DNA of 64,000 bases from NCBI GenBank assembly GCA_004764695.1, contig SMSO01000037.1, positions 100,747-164,746 of the forward strand. Direction: 5' to 3'. Shown here piece by piece: positions 21,846 to 31,738 of this stretch. Both the position numbers and the translations under genes were made by a program. The notes below the pieces were generated by a model. It made no database searches and was not told the DNA's origin. It saw nothing but the letters and a program-made list of their open reading frames with translations. This DNA comes from Schizochytrium sp. TIO01. Lineage: Eukaryota > Protista > Bigyra: Labyrinthulomycetes. Position 1 is the stretch's first letter; each line of letters begins with the position of its first letter.

Positions 21846-22575
21846 AAATATTCTTCTTTTTTTTTTTTTTTTTGAAAGAAGAGAATTAAATTTAGTGCTA
21901 CTGTGCCTATGACTATTTGATATAATGATAGGCTTATATTATACCAATTTAGGTGTTTGCTAACAAGTGGATGTTAGGTAAGAAAATGGAATGGGCAAGG
22001 AACCACCAAACACTGTAAGCAAACCTACAATACAAGCCCGCAAAGCACTTCAATCGGTGTTTCGCATCTCAGCAAGCACTTCCCCGGAGGCAATCGCATA
22101 TAGACAGCTGCAGTTTGTTCCGGTGACCGCGAGCAAAGCAGCACTGACCGTACTATGCATTATCTACGCCAGAGTATTTCCCCCCAGACGTCTCCGCCGT
22201 GTACAACGATATTGGTAGCGTGGTCAACTTCAAAAGGCTAGGCTTGCGCGCCATACTAGACCAACGAGATTGACAGCAAGCTTGCACTTTGGCTCTGTGA
22301 AACTACGATGTTATCCCATATGTCTCATCAATAATTGGTTGTCAAACCAAATAACCATCCACACAAGGAGACGCAACAAGACAAAGCTCCATAAATCTTG
22401 TCAAGTTTTCAAAGTCATCTCAACGTTTAGAAACATCTAGATATATATAATTGAACGTTGGGCAGAAAAAGAAATCGTTCATCAAAATATTGCAGATTAA
22501 AGTAAACAAAAAAGCAAAATAAAAACTCAAGATGGACAATGTATCCTTCTCCAGGGAGAAACGGACACCGGTGTG

Positions 22576-25500
22576 TTAAAGGTTTGATTCAATAAAGCGA
22601 ACAAGCTGGTCAAAATGCAAAAACTCCTTGTCTTGAAATGACCGCGTGTCACGAACACGAAACCCACCACGACGTTTATTCACAAACATGGCAATGCCAC
22701 GTTGTCTGCAATACTTTAAAATGGCATCACTCATGGCAGGGTTGTGCACAAAAGGATGAATCCAGTCTGCACGAACTCCTCGGCTTCGTAAGTTTTGTGA
22801 AATGCGGGCACACTCATCGACACGAACTGGCTCGTCATCTGTAGGGGAACCAATAAGTACATCAACAATACCCTGCGAGGCGCCGTGGCGATTGTGAGCG
22901 ATGCGTTCGAGGTGAATTCGAGCTCCCAGACAAGCCTTGGCAGCACCAGATCGCGAACTGGCTAATTGATAACTTGTAACAAGATCATCGTATCTTCCAC
23001 CTGTGGCTGCCACATAGAACTCCCCACTTCCGTACTGAGCGCAAATGCTTGTTTGGCGACGGACAGTATTTTGAGCATTGCTTAAGTCTGAATTAGCTAC
23101 AAGAGAACCTAAACCTCCACTATCTTCAGACCCAAAGCTTGCTGCGGTTTCAAGCGACGGATGGGTCTGGAGCTGCTGTGATCCATGTTTTGATGACCCA
23201 TGTGAACGGTGCCGAGTGTTCCGACCTTTGCGTTGCTGACTTCCTGCACGCGGATGTCGTAGCAGCACAGCGAAGTATAAACCTGCAGTCATACCAGGGA
23301 TTGGAGCAAGCCAGGGGCGAAAAGCGCAGCAAAAGTTAGGTTCGTCTAGAAGACCCTGCAGATGATGAATTTCAGCAGGATCGCCGAACAAGCTCAAAGG
23401 TTGTTCTGCGACAAAGTAAGGACGCAGTGCCGCGAGCTGTTTTTGCGTAAACATACGTGTAGATTGTAGTCGCTTACGTGCAGCTTGCCATGGCGATGTG
23501 CCATGCACTGCATCCAGAACGCTTAGGATATGCGAGCCAGCTGCTAGATCAGTGTCAAGGCTGATTCCAAAAATTCGTTTCAAAGCACGCTGTTGCAATT
23601 TGTAATCTTGTATATACACTGCCCCATGGCCTTCCGCAGGTGGCCAGGAACCCAATCCGGCCGCTTGCGCAAGAGCTTCAAGCATGCAGTTGAAAAAGTC
23701 AGCACGCCAAGAAGCCGCAAAACCATCTATATGGAGCAATTCTGCTGTAGGTGCAACATAGTCCAACGTTGCTTGAAATTTCGAGCGGGGCTGGCCCCCA
23801 AGCCTATTATTGTTTCGCTCTGCGGATGAGTAAACACGACTACCGTCGTATCGTTTCATATACATGATGTGGCCTCGAAGCGCCAGATAGCGTGCGAATG
23901 GTCTTGTCAAATTGCGTGGCAACTCAACGATTGTGCCTTGGGCATCCATAAGTTGCGTCGTAGATACATCCTGTGCCTCAAATGCCTGAATAGCGTTGCT
24001 GTTTGAGGTAATGGGAGCTCTTCGAGGTGTCAGCAAAGGGGTTGCGAATGGGACCGCACCCCAACGCTCAAACACGCGCTCCATGCGACGAAAAACCTGC
24101 ATTTGATTTGCCATCACACGGCCTTCAGCAAGGTAGTCCATACTGGTTGCATCAACTAAAAGGTCACTATCATAGGTGTAAAATACTTCAGGACGCGTTC
24201 GTTGCATGAACAGAGTATCCATGAGTCTGCTGTACAGTGGAGATCGATCTGAGGAGCGCACAACTCGCATCACCTCTTCAAAGTACCTTTCCTCTGTTTC
24301 AAGTTTGTCCGGCAAGACACCAGATTCAAGGATCGTACGAGCACTAGGGCGGTGAGCAGGGTCCAGGGAAAGTAAAGATTGAATCAGGATACGGGTATCT
24401 CGAGGAAGCGAAACAGACTCTACTACGCCGTTTTCACGAAGCTCCATGAGGGTCCGGATGCGTTCCATACCAGTTCCAAATGGAGGAAGAAGCATTTCAA
24501 AAAGAATGATACCCAAGCTAAACATGTCACACTTCTCACTGTAGCGACCTGTCAGAACCTCTTTGGCACGGTACAAGGCAGTACCGACGCCATCTGTCTT
24601 GCCATCCTCTATGTTTTCCTCTGTTGAATGACCAAGTGAACTTCCTGTTGAATGAGCTCGACGCAAGCTGAAACTTGCGGCGGCAGCTGCAGCATTAGCA
24701 GCAGCATTAGCACTAGACTTGGAGATTGTAATAGCAAGACCGAAATCCCCTAGCTTGACGTTGCCCATTTCATCAAGAAACACGTTATCAGGCTTTAGAT
24801 CGCGGTGAATAAAGTGGCATGTTTCATGTACATAGACTAATGCCTCACAAAGTTGTCGAAAGAGACGCCATACAATGGGCTGCTGCTTCGCGAGACGCCC
24901 TTCATCAATGACTTGTCTCAATGTTTGGCCTTGACAGTATTCCATCTGGATGTATAGTACTTGTCGCACAGCACCCTGCTCCGCACTGCGAGATTGAGCA
25001 GAGCGTGAGCGAGCTAAAGCTCGAAAATCAGTGTTCGAGGCGTGATTCGAGAGGCGTGCAAGCGAGTCTTCCCCACCTCGAGAACTAGCAGGAGCAAACA
25101 AATCAAGTGCGGAGTTTGCTGTTTGATCTACAGAAGTTTCACCTTCATCTTCTGACCAATCACCAAATTCAAGACCGACTGAAGGCAAACCAGCTGAGCT
25201 TGAGGAGGATGAAGAGCCTGAGGAAGATGATGAAGAAGCATCATCTTCTTCGTTTTCTTCTTCCTCACTTTCATCAATCTCTTCGACCTTACTCATCTGT
25301 TGTAGAGTCTCGCGTTCTAGCGCACTAGCTTCCTCATTTTCGTCGTCTGACTCCTCACCTGACTCAGAACTTGAAGATGAATTTAGTGCTGACGAGTTAG
25401 TCCATGCCGATCCTTCCGAAACCTGGCGACCCACATGATCTTGCATAAGATTCTTCGATGCCGCTTCGGCTGCGTGCTCAAGGAACATACTTTGTGTACC

Positions 25501-27087
25501 TAGTGCGAAGCTGGATCCTGGAAAAAGGCCCTCAGCGGCAGACAGAGATCCCAGCACTGTTGCATTGTTTCCAATGTTACCAAAACTAGAGTCAGGGCCA
25601 AACGTTGTTGCTGGATTCATTGAAGAATCGGCATTCAGCGACCGTTGCTGGAAGGAATTGATCTCGTGGGACTGAGAAGAGCCCGTTGTGCCTCCCCAAT
25701 TACTTGAATCTTCTTCCTCATCAGATGATGATTCATTATCTTCGCCCTCGACTTCCTCGACCCATGCTTGGTAGTAGCGTACGATATATTGATGAGACAT
25801 TTTAGCCAGTGAAGAAACCTCACGCAGAATTTTCATGTCAGTGGCGCTGCCATCCAGTTTGATTTTCTTGATTGCATAGACGCGTCCATCGAGGCGATTG
25901 CGACTTTTTACAACTTTACCAAAGCCTCCTACTCCAAGCACTTGAAGTTCGTCAAAGTCTTTCATATACCTGGAGTTGCTATTAGAGCCAGCACCGGCGC
26001 CAAGGGACAGGGGAAGCATTGGTTCGGCATCTTGGTCTTCTAATCGATTGGTGGCCAAAATCGGCGTTTGCGCAGGACTCAGAGCAGGTGAAAGACTTGG
26101 AGGAGCGTCTAAAGCACGGTCCACACGTGCGTGAAGGCTTGCTGTCTTCCTCTTTTCTTGCTCCTTGCGGCGAGCCTCTTCGTTTTCTCGCTGAGCTGCA
26201 AGACGGGCTTCTTTGGCTTGGAATTCTTCATAGAAAGATTTCGTCCTAACTCGATTCTCTAACAGAAAAGTTTGAGTAGTTTGCAAAATATCATAGAGAA
26301 AGGGTTCGGCATCTGGGGCAGCTTTGATCTGCCCTTCTTTACGTATGAGCTTATCAAGATCTTTAACGCTTTCCTGACGAATGCCTGTAGCTTCGAGCAC
26401 CTTGATTGCGGGCGGTGTACCAGGGTATCCTTGAGTGTAAATGATTTCCAGCTCCGCTTTAAGACTATCTCCCTTTGTTGATCCATGCTGTGACAAATGG
26501 GGTTGAACCGTAATACGAATGCGTGGCTGTCCCCAAACATGTCCATCGCGAACAACATCGTTGCTAAATATTGACTCGAGTACAAGGATCTCCTCGGTGG
26601 CAACCTCATTCGGTTTGCCTGCATCATCTGAGGCCTTTGATTGATGAGGTTGCTGTTGTAGGCCTTGATGTTTCAACTGTTGCTGCTGTTTCAGCTGTTG
26701 CTGGTTATTCGCAGCAAGGGTTTCCGCAGCGAGTGTGCGTTTCGAGTTAGGCTGCACTTGTGCCCATGCTGGTTTCGAGGGTGAAGCAGTTGCATTTGGC
26801 GTCATTCCCGGCCCATTCCGAGGTGACTTTGTCTGGTGAGCTTTGATTGGAGTTTTGTTAACTCTACTCATAGCTCCTCTCGGTGAGTTGAGCACTGTTT
26901 GGGTAGCGTTTGAAGCCTTTGATCTGTCATCATGGTTGTTGGTCCCACCCAATGTGCTGTTGGCATTGTTGTGATTGTTGCTGTTGCTGTGATTGCCAAT
27001 AGGGTTGTTACTGCCAGCAGTAGAGTTTACGGCGTTGTTGCCGGTGACGCCACCATTTCTGCTAGGTTTACCGCGTCGCTTCGGCAT
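22576..27087 (-). CDS. GCN2: eIF2-alpha kinase GCN2 (RWD, kinase and HisRS-like domains)
   Basis: First ATG is at 27087. RWD domain (EEILVLESIF...YPGTPP); kinase 'RYMKDFDELQVLGVGGFGKVVKSRNRLDGRVYAIKKI', 'LYIQMEYC', 'HRDLKPDNVF', 'DFG'; HisRS-like 'VELPRNLTRPFARYLA' and 'VAATGGRYDDLV'. Confidence 0.95.
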   Translation of the reverse strand: MPKRRGKPSRNGGVTGNNAVNSTAGSNNPIGNHSNSNNHNNANSTLGGTNNHDDRSKASNATQTVLNSPRGAMSRVNKTPIKAHQTKSPRNGPGMTPNATASPSKPAWAQVQPNSKRTLAAETLAANNQQQLKQQQQLKHQGLQQQPHQSKASDDAGKPNEVATEEILVLESIFSNDVVRDGHVWGQPRIRITVQPHLSQHGSTKGDSLKAELEIIYTQGYPGTPPAIKVLEATGIRQESVKDLDKLIRKEGQIKAAPDAEPFLYDILQTTQTFLLENRVRTKSFYEEFQAKEARLAAQRENEEARRKEQEKRKTASLHARVDRALDAPPSLSPALSPAQTPILATNRLEDQDAEPMLPLSLGAGAGSNSNSRYMKDFDELQVLGVGGFGKVVKSRNRLDGRVYAIKKIKLDGSATDMKILREVSSLAKMSHQYIVRYYQAWVEEVEGEDNESSSDEEEDSSNWGGTTGSSQSHEINSFQQRSLNADSSMNPATTFGPDSSFGNIGNNATVLGSLSAAEGLFPGSSFALGTQSMFLEHAAEAASKNLMQDHVGRQVSEGSAWTNSSALNSSSSSESGEESDDENEEASALERETLQQMSKVEEIDESEEEENEEDDASSSSSSGSSSSSSSAGLPSVGLEFGDWSEDEGETSVDQTANSALDLFAPASSRGGEDSLARLSNHASNTDFRALARSRSAQSRSAEQGAVRQVLYIQMEYCQGQTLRQVIDEGRLAKQQPIVWRLFRQLCEALVYVHETCHFIHRDLKPDNVFLDEMGNVKLGDFGLAITISKSSANAAANAAAAAASFSLRRAHSTGSSLGHSTEENIEDGKTDGVGTALYRAKEVLTGRYSEKCDMFSLGIILFEMLLPPFGTGMERIRTLMELRENGVVESVSLPRDTRILIQSLLSLDPAHRPSARTILESGVLPDKLETEERYFEEVMRVVRSSDRSPLYSRLMDTLFMQRTRPEVFYTYDSDLLVDATSMDYLAEGRVMANQMQVFRRMERVFERWGAVPFATPLLTPRRAPITSNSNAIQAFEAQDVSTTQLMDAQGTIVELPRNLTRPFARYLALRGHIMYMKRYDGSRVYSSAERNNNRLGGQPRSKFQATLDYVAPTAELLHIDGFAASWRADFFNCMLEALAQAAGLGSWPPAEGHGAVYIQDYKLQQRALKRIFGISLDTDLAAGSHILSVLDAVHGTSPWQAARKRLQSTRMFTQKQLAALRPYFVAEQPLSLFGDPAEIHHLQGLLDEPNFCCAFRPWLAPIPGMTAGLYFAVLLRHPRAGSQQRKGRNTRHRSHGSSKHGSQQLQTHPSLETAASFGSEDSGGLGSLVANSDLSNAQNTVRRQTSICAQYGSGEFYVAATGGRYDDLVTSYQLASSRSGAAKACLGARIHLERIAHNRHGASQGIVDVLIGSPTDDEPVRVDECARISQNLRSRGVRADWIHPFVHNPAMSDAILKYCRQRGIAMFVNKRRGGFRVRDTRSFQDKEFLHFDQLVRFIESNL

Positions 27088-28194
27088 GGAGATCGCTCCA
27101 GTGGCTTCCCTTGCTGGCGCACGCCGGTAAGTTCTGTGCTCCTCGCCGTGCGAGGGCCTTATAACACAGGACCAGGGTTTTTGCACTTGGTTTCAAGAGA
27201 TTGGAACGACGTGAAGACCAAGCTTTCTGTTTTGCTTGCCGCTGTCGAGTTGGCGAAGTTCTGCCTGGAGGTGGTTTTGGTTTGCTCCCATCCTTTTATT
27301 ATTTCCCTTACTACTAGGTATTATCATCATTATTCTTACTAGGTAGTAGGTATTACCTATGAGTATCATGAACTGGGTTCGTTCATTCACGTAGAATCTA
27401 AACATGGTTCTCCGTTTCAGTATACTCGGAGCAAAGGAATAAGCAACCAGAAGCTATGTTTCAAATAGTAAATGCATGTCTCCATTTGCTAGGATTATTA
27501 TTGTGTCGCATCGGCAGAAGCGTTGCCCAGCTCTTTGCCAAGAATACTAAGTTTCACCGTACTACAGTAAATGCTAGGCACCTCTTACTTACCAACACGA
27601 TGTAAAAAAATCAGAATGAGCAAAAATCTAGGGTGGTTTCGTTCAAAGCAAATTATTTGTTCAAGGATCGCTGCTGCAATTTACTTCAGGAAGATTGTAG
27701 CTTAGCTCGTTTTGGTGCTGGTGCTTGGCTAGACCGTTTACAGCAGCCTTGATGCTGGTTTGGCCAAGGCAATTAGTTCGATTTGAACAGATCACCAGCA
27801 ACAAGTACCACCACTAACTCGTACGTAATAGCACGATTACCTCCCATTTTGCATGTTGTACAAAAGGGAGAGGATTGGTGAGCAAATCTGTCTCGTTGAG
27901 CATGAATAGCTATAGCATCTACAAAGAAAGTTTCCTGCAGTCCTTTCAAGTGACATGAGCAAATGTGTTAATTCTTTTCGTGAAAATAAAGGAGGCCGGC
28001 CTAGACATGATGATTTATCTTTACTACTCAGTAGTTCCTCGCTAGCTAGCTAGCTGCTAGCTAGCAATAGCAAGGGTCCTACTGACTTATTAGTTCAATT
28101 AGTCTCGCCGCGATGAGACCAATGCTATGTATTCTTCTTGAAGCAAACTACTTTCGCATTGGTCTCCGGCAGTGTTAAGTTTGGTTCTGACACA

Positions 28195-28908
28195 ATGTCG
28201 GATCAAGAAGATATTCAGAGCAGCACCCGCGACCCTCCCAAGGATAACCGTGTGTACCGCACGCGCGAGTATTGGGAGTCAAGGTTTGCTGCAGAGGATG
28301 CGTACGAGTGGCTCGCGGGCTATGAAGTTGTCCAGCCGCTCGTAGAATCCGTCTTGCGGAGTGGCATGAAAACCTCGAATGGAAATGACGAAAACCAGGC
28401 TCTTCAAAATGAAACTGACGAATCTACGAATGAGGCTCCAGTTGAGGTGTTGCTGGTGGGCTGTGGTAACTCGAGTTTTTCACACGAGGTGGCCAAGGCG
28501 GGTGGCGAGAACCGCAAGGTCACAAGTATTGATTTTTCGGAAACCGTGATTGCGAACATGAAAGAGAAACACCCAGAGTTAAACTGGCTCACAATGGATA
28601 TGCGTTACCTCGACGGTTTTGAAGATGCCTCCTTTGACTTTGTAGTTGACAAGGCCGCCATGGACGCACTGGTTACCGACGAGGGTGACCCATGGAACCC
28701 GAATGAACGCACCCGTAACGACACAGCATCCATGATGAAAGCAGTAGCTCGTGTACTTAAGCCCGGGGGCACTTTCGTACAAATAACTTTTCAACAACCG
28801 CACTTCCGGAAGCGTTATTTGGAGAACGAACTGCTCACGTCTCCAGAGATCACCGAGATCGACCACGGCATGGGGTACTTCTTCATCACACAAACCCGTA
28901 AAGTATGA
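28195..28908 (+). CDS. Class I SAM-dependent methyltransferase, EEF1AKMT4/METTL13-N-like
   Basis: ATG at 28195. 'YRTREYWESRF...YEWL', motif I 'VLLVGCGNSSFS', 'DKAAMDAL' and 'VLKPGGTFVQITFQQPHFRKRYL'. Confidence 0.88.
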   Translation: MSDQEDIQSSTRDPPKDNRVYRTREYWESRFAAEDAYEWLAGYEVVQPLVESVLRSGMKTSNGNDENQALQNETDESTNEAPVEVLLVGCGNSSFSHEVAKAGGENRKVTSIDFSETVIANMKEKHPELNWLTMDMRYLDGFEDASFDFVVDKAAMDALVTDEGDPWNPNERTRNDTASMMKAVARVLKPGGTFVQITFQQPHFRKRYLENELLTSPEITEIDHGMGYFFITQTRKV

Positions 28909-29594
28909 TCTCGCTTTTTGACAATCTCTGTGTGTTTGCATCCAGGTATTGACATCGATCTTAGGCTATCGTTCAAATAGTTGTTCGTAACATCTAGCAA
29001 TCATCTTTTGCATCAAAGCAATGGTTCACAGATGGTCTCCCTGAATTCTAGTTCGTTTTCAATCCTGTCAGAAACGTGAATAGATCAGAGGTTGATTTTT
29101 TTGCTAGTAATTATAGACTCTTTAGGGCAGTCTGTCTAGATTCAACTTTGCTTTTCTTATGAGCTATAAGATGTATGGTGGGCTCTGGAAAAGTCTGAAG
29201 ATTGCCCCAAATTTAGATCATAAGAGCTTTGTCTAACTCTTAGTAATTTTTATACGCAACAAGGTATTATTTTATCTTGTAAATATTCACCTGCTCTTTT
29301 ATCTGTACCTCTTTCGTTGCATAACCAGACTTGTCAAAACCTAGTTCAACCTCAATGGCGCGCACTCGAGTATAAGAAAAAATATATAGTTTTGACAAAG
29401 ACGCTAGTGAATATAATTCATTTATCTGCATGCACACGCAGCATGTTTAAAAACATGATTGAAAAGAAACCTTGGCTTTTCTGACCTTCAGAATTGCAAA
29501 CATGCATAAATCAATTAAGAGTTTGGAAAATATTTTGATGGATTTTTCAATTCTAGTTTGTAAAGTTAATGCAGCGTTATGCAGTGGATTTTTT

Positions 29595-31151
29595 TCACTT
29601 TTTGTTTACGCAAAGGCTCTCCCGAAGTTGTTTTTTTAAGCTGGGAAAAAGGTGACGGTTTTGTGTCGGTGTCTTAGGTATAACAATAGTCTTATATGGC
29701 AATCGCTTCATGACGGTGTGACTTTTATCACGAACAATCTCGAATCCCTTCGATTTGAGAAATCGGATTATGCTATGGATGTCCTTTTTTAAACCTTCGA
29801 TTTCTTCCTTGGAAGCAAGAGGAGGCAGTTTCTTATGGTGTTCTTGCTTTGAGCTGTCATACTCTTGATGCTTGAAATTTCCCGTTCTCTTTTTGTTACC
29901 ATCGCTTTTTTTAAGGACCCCTGTCATGTTCTTCTGATCATGGTATGATTCCTTTAAATAAGCCTTTGGGGAGACTGACGTGCTGACTATAGAAATGGTA
30001 TCTGTAATATAACATTCGTTACCGTCGCTTTTTTCAGGAACCCCTGTCATGTTCTTCTGATCATAGTATGATTCCTTCAAATAAGCCTTTGGGGAGACTG
30101 ACGTGCTGAGTATAGAAATGGTATCTGTAGTACAACATTCGTTTGGCCGGCTGGTATCAAGCAGACGCTTCCGAACAAGAAGCATTTTGCCAATAAATCT
30201 CACAACGAATGCAAGTTTTCTTTGCTGCATGACATATTTCTTATACATCTTCTTGTATAGAGGGAATATTAAAGGGGTGTCTTGGTAGCTAGACATGACC
30301 TCCATGTGATTGTTTGTATGATCTTCACTCTGTGTATATGTCTTGCATAGATTACTGGATGCACACTGCAGACACATGACCTTGTCGCACTCAATGCAAT
30401 ATGATATACTAGAATATCCTACTACTATTACATCATTGCATATCGAGCAAACCCCAGTTCCTACCAATAGTTGGCTTGGCATTTTGGAAAGATCTACTTG
30501 CTCGTCCATCAATGTGCATATGTGACCAGACTCTCTTAAAGCATGCACAAATGCATCTTCTAGCAATTCTAACTCTAACTCGTTCAGTAGATCCTTTGCT
30601 GCATTTTCATCATCTTCTTCTTCTTTCCTGCTTGCACTAGATACTTCTCGTGAACCGGAGAATAAAATAGCTACTGGGTTAGCTGAATGATGATGGGAGT
30701 AAAAGAAATAATTTGTGATGATCGAGTAGCCAAAGGTTGCCATTATCCAGTGAACAAAAGAAAGCACAGCAGTTAGACATTCAAGAGCTCCACCGAATTG
30801 ATAATTTTTCTCCACAAGAGAGACTAGATGGGAGATATTCTTGGATGAAAAGAAGTTCTCGTAAATTTTGGTATCTTCATAGAGACTTCGACCATTTTTC
30901 AAGTGAATCCTGAACGCATGCATCGGTTCCCCAGGGGGTATAAATTTCTCATAAACGCGATTTAGAAATAGGTCTTTATCCCCCTTAGAAAAGTTTCGCG
31001 CCTTGTACATTCTGTCTAGCCCATGCCTGGAGCCTGGTGCTGAACGGAAGTTTGATGAGGGAAAGTGCGCATTAAAAGAGCTCGCAAGGGAAACAAGGAG
31101 GTCTTCATCCTGCAAAAGCAACTGTCTAACAATACGCTGGCTCCGCAACAT
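29595..31151 (-). CDS. Zinc-finger (ZZ/B-box-like) protein with a C-terminal HicA-like domain; probably the 3' part of a frameshifted gene that begins at ~31738
   Basis: 518-aa ORF with CxxC-x13-CxxC-x4-CxxC...HxxxH (30306-30449), a 41-aa tandem duplication and a C-terminal 'IIRFLKSKGFEIVRDKSHTVMKRLPYKTIVIPKTPT...SLKKQLR'. Confidence 0.65.
   Translation of the reverse strand: MLRSQRIVRQLLLQDEDLLVSLASSFNAHFPSSNFRSAPGSRHGLDRMYKARNFSKGDKDLFLNRVYEKFIPPGEPMHAFRIHLKNGRSLYEDTKIYENFFSSKNISHLVSLVEKNYQFGGALECLTAVLSFVHWIMATFGYSIITNYFFYSHHHSANPVAILFSGSREVSSASRKEEEDDENAAKDLLNELELELLEDAFVHALRESGHICTLMDEQVDLSKMPSQLLVGTGVCSICNDVIVVGYSSISYCIECDKVMCLQCASSNLCKTYTQSEDHTNNHMEVMSSYQDTPLIFPLYKKMYKKYVMQQRKLAFVVRFIGKMLLVRKRLLDTSRPNECCTTDTISILSTSVSPKAYLKESYYDQKNMTGVPEKSDGNECYITDTISIVSTSVSPKAYLKESYHDQKNMTGVLKKSDGNKKRTGNFKHQEYDSSKQEHHKKLPPLASKEEIEGLKKDIHSIIRFLKSKGFEIVRDKSHTVMKRLPYKTIVIPKTPTQNRHLFPSLKKQLRESLCVNKK
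29895..30143 (-). repeat. In-frame 123-bp tandem duplication (2 x 41 aa)
   Basis: Units start at 29895 and 30018 and encode NEC(C/Y)(T/I)TDTISI(L/V)STSVSPKAYLKESY(Y/H)DQKNMTGV(PE/LK)KSDG, with few substitutions between them. Confidence 0.95.
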
Positions 31152-31738
31152 GGACTGAGGTACTCTGTTTCACTGAATAGTGTGTGGCATTTATCACACA
31201 AAGGGGAAAAGCAGATGGGACAGTAGCTATGAGTTGCAATATTGACGGGTTGCCTGCATCTGACACCCAGGCGAGAATTCGTTATGCACTCAAAGCTCAG
31301 AGCGAAAGGATTCGAGCATTTGGTAATGAACGAGACATGTATAGTGTCATACATTCTGATCATATCCAGCACCTTCTGATCTCGAAGTGGATCCTTTTGG
31401 TTTGTGCTCATTTTAATTGGACGAGTAGCATATACGCAAACTATGCTAGCAGAAACTTCTCTGAAGTCAACTATATGTCTTATGACTGAACGGAAACTTA
31501 AGATGTGAAATTGAGTCTGAAGATTCCCAAGCACCTCAAGCCATGGCTCTTTGGTCAATAGCTCGGAAGAAGAGTTCAAGGCAGCAACATGCGGCATTGA
31601 AGTTTTCTTATAGATCTCCTTAAATGCATTCGAACTTACCACTTGTGGGGATGGCTTTCTTGAGCTTGCCACTGAAGGTTGCCTCCGCATACTTTTACTT
31701 CTTGGTCCGGCAGCTTTAGACGATGTAGAGGCTCGCAT
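31016..31738 (-). CDS. Cys-rich (CxxC-x4-CxxCH) ORF, probable 5' part of the split zinc-finger/HicA gene
   Basis: 240-aa ORF overlapping the downstream ORF by 136 bp in a different frame. 'YCPICFSPLCDKCH' mirrors 'YCIECDKVMCLQC' in the downstream ORF. Confidence 0.55.
   Translation of the reverse strand: MRASTSSKAAGPRSKSMRRQPSVASSRKPSPQVVSSNAFKEIYKKTSMPHVAALNSSSELLTKEPWLEVLGNLQTQFHILSFRSVIRHIVDFREVSASIVCVYATRPIKMSTNQKDPLRDQKVLDMIRMYDTIHVSFITKCSNPFALSFECITNSRLGVRCRQPVNIATHSYCPICFSPLCDKCHTLFSETEYLSPCCGASVLLDSCFCRMKTSLFPLRALLMRTFPHQTSVQHQAPGMG

Noticed and set aside
7222-27087. Apparent amino-acid catabolism/starvation cluster (HMGCL, Rpn8, ALDH6A1, tRNAs, GCN2)
   Set aside because: The genes are interspersed with unrelated ones on both strands and share no evident regulatory element. 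Chance adjacency is sufficient without synteny data.
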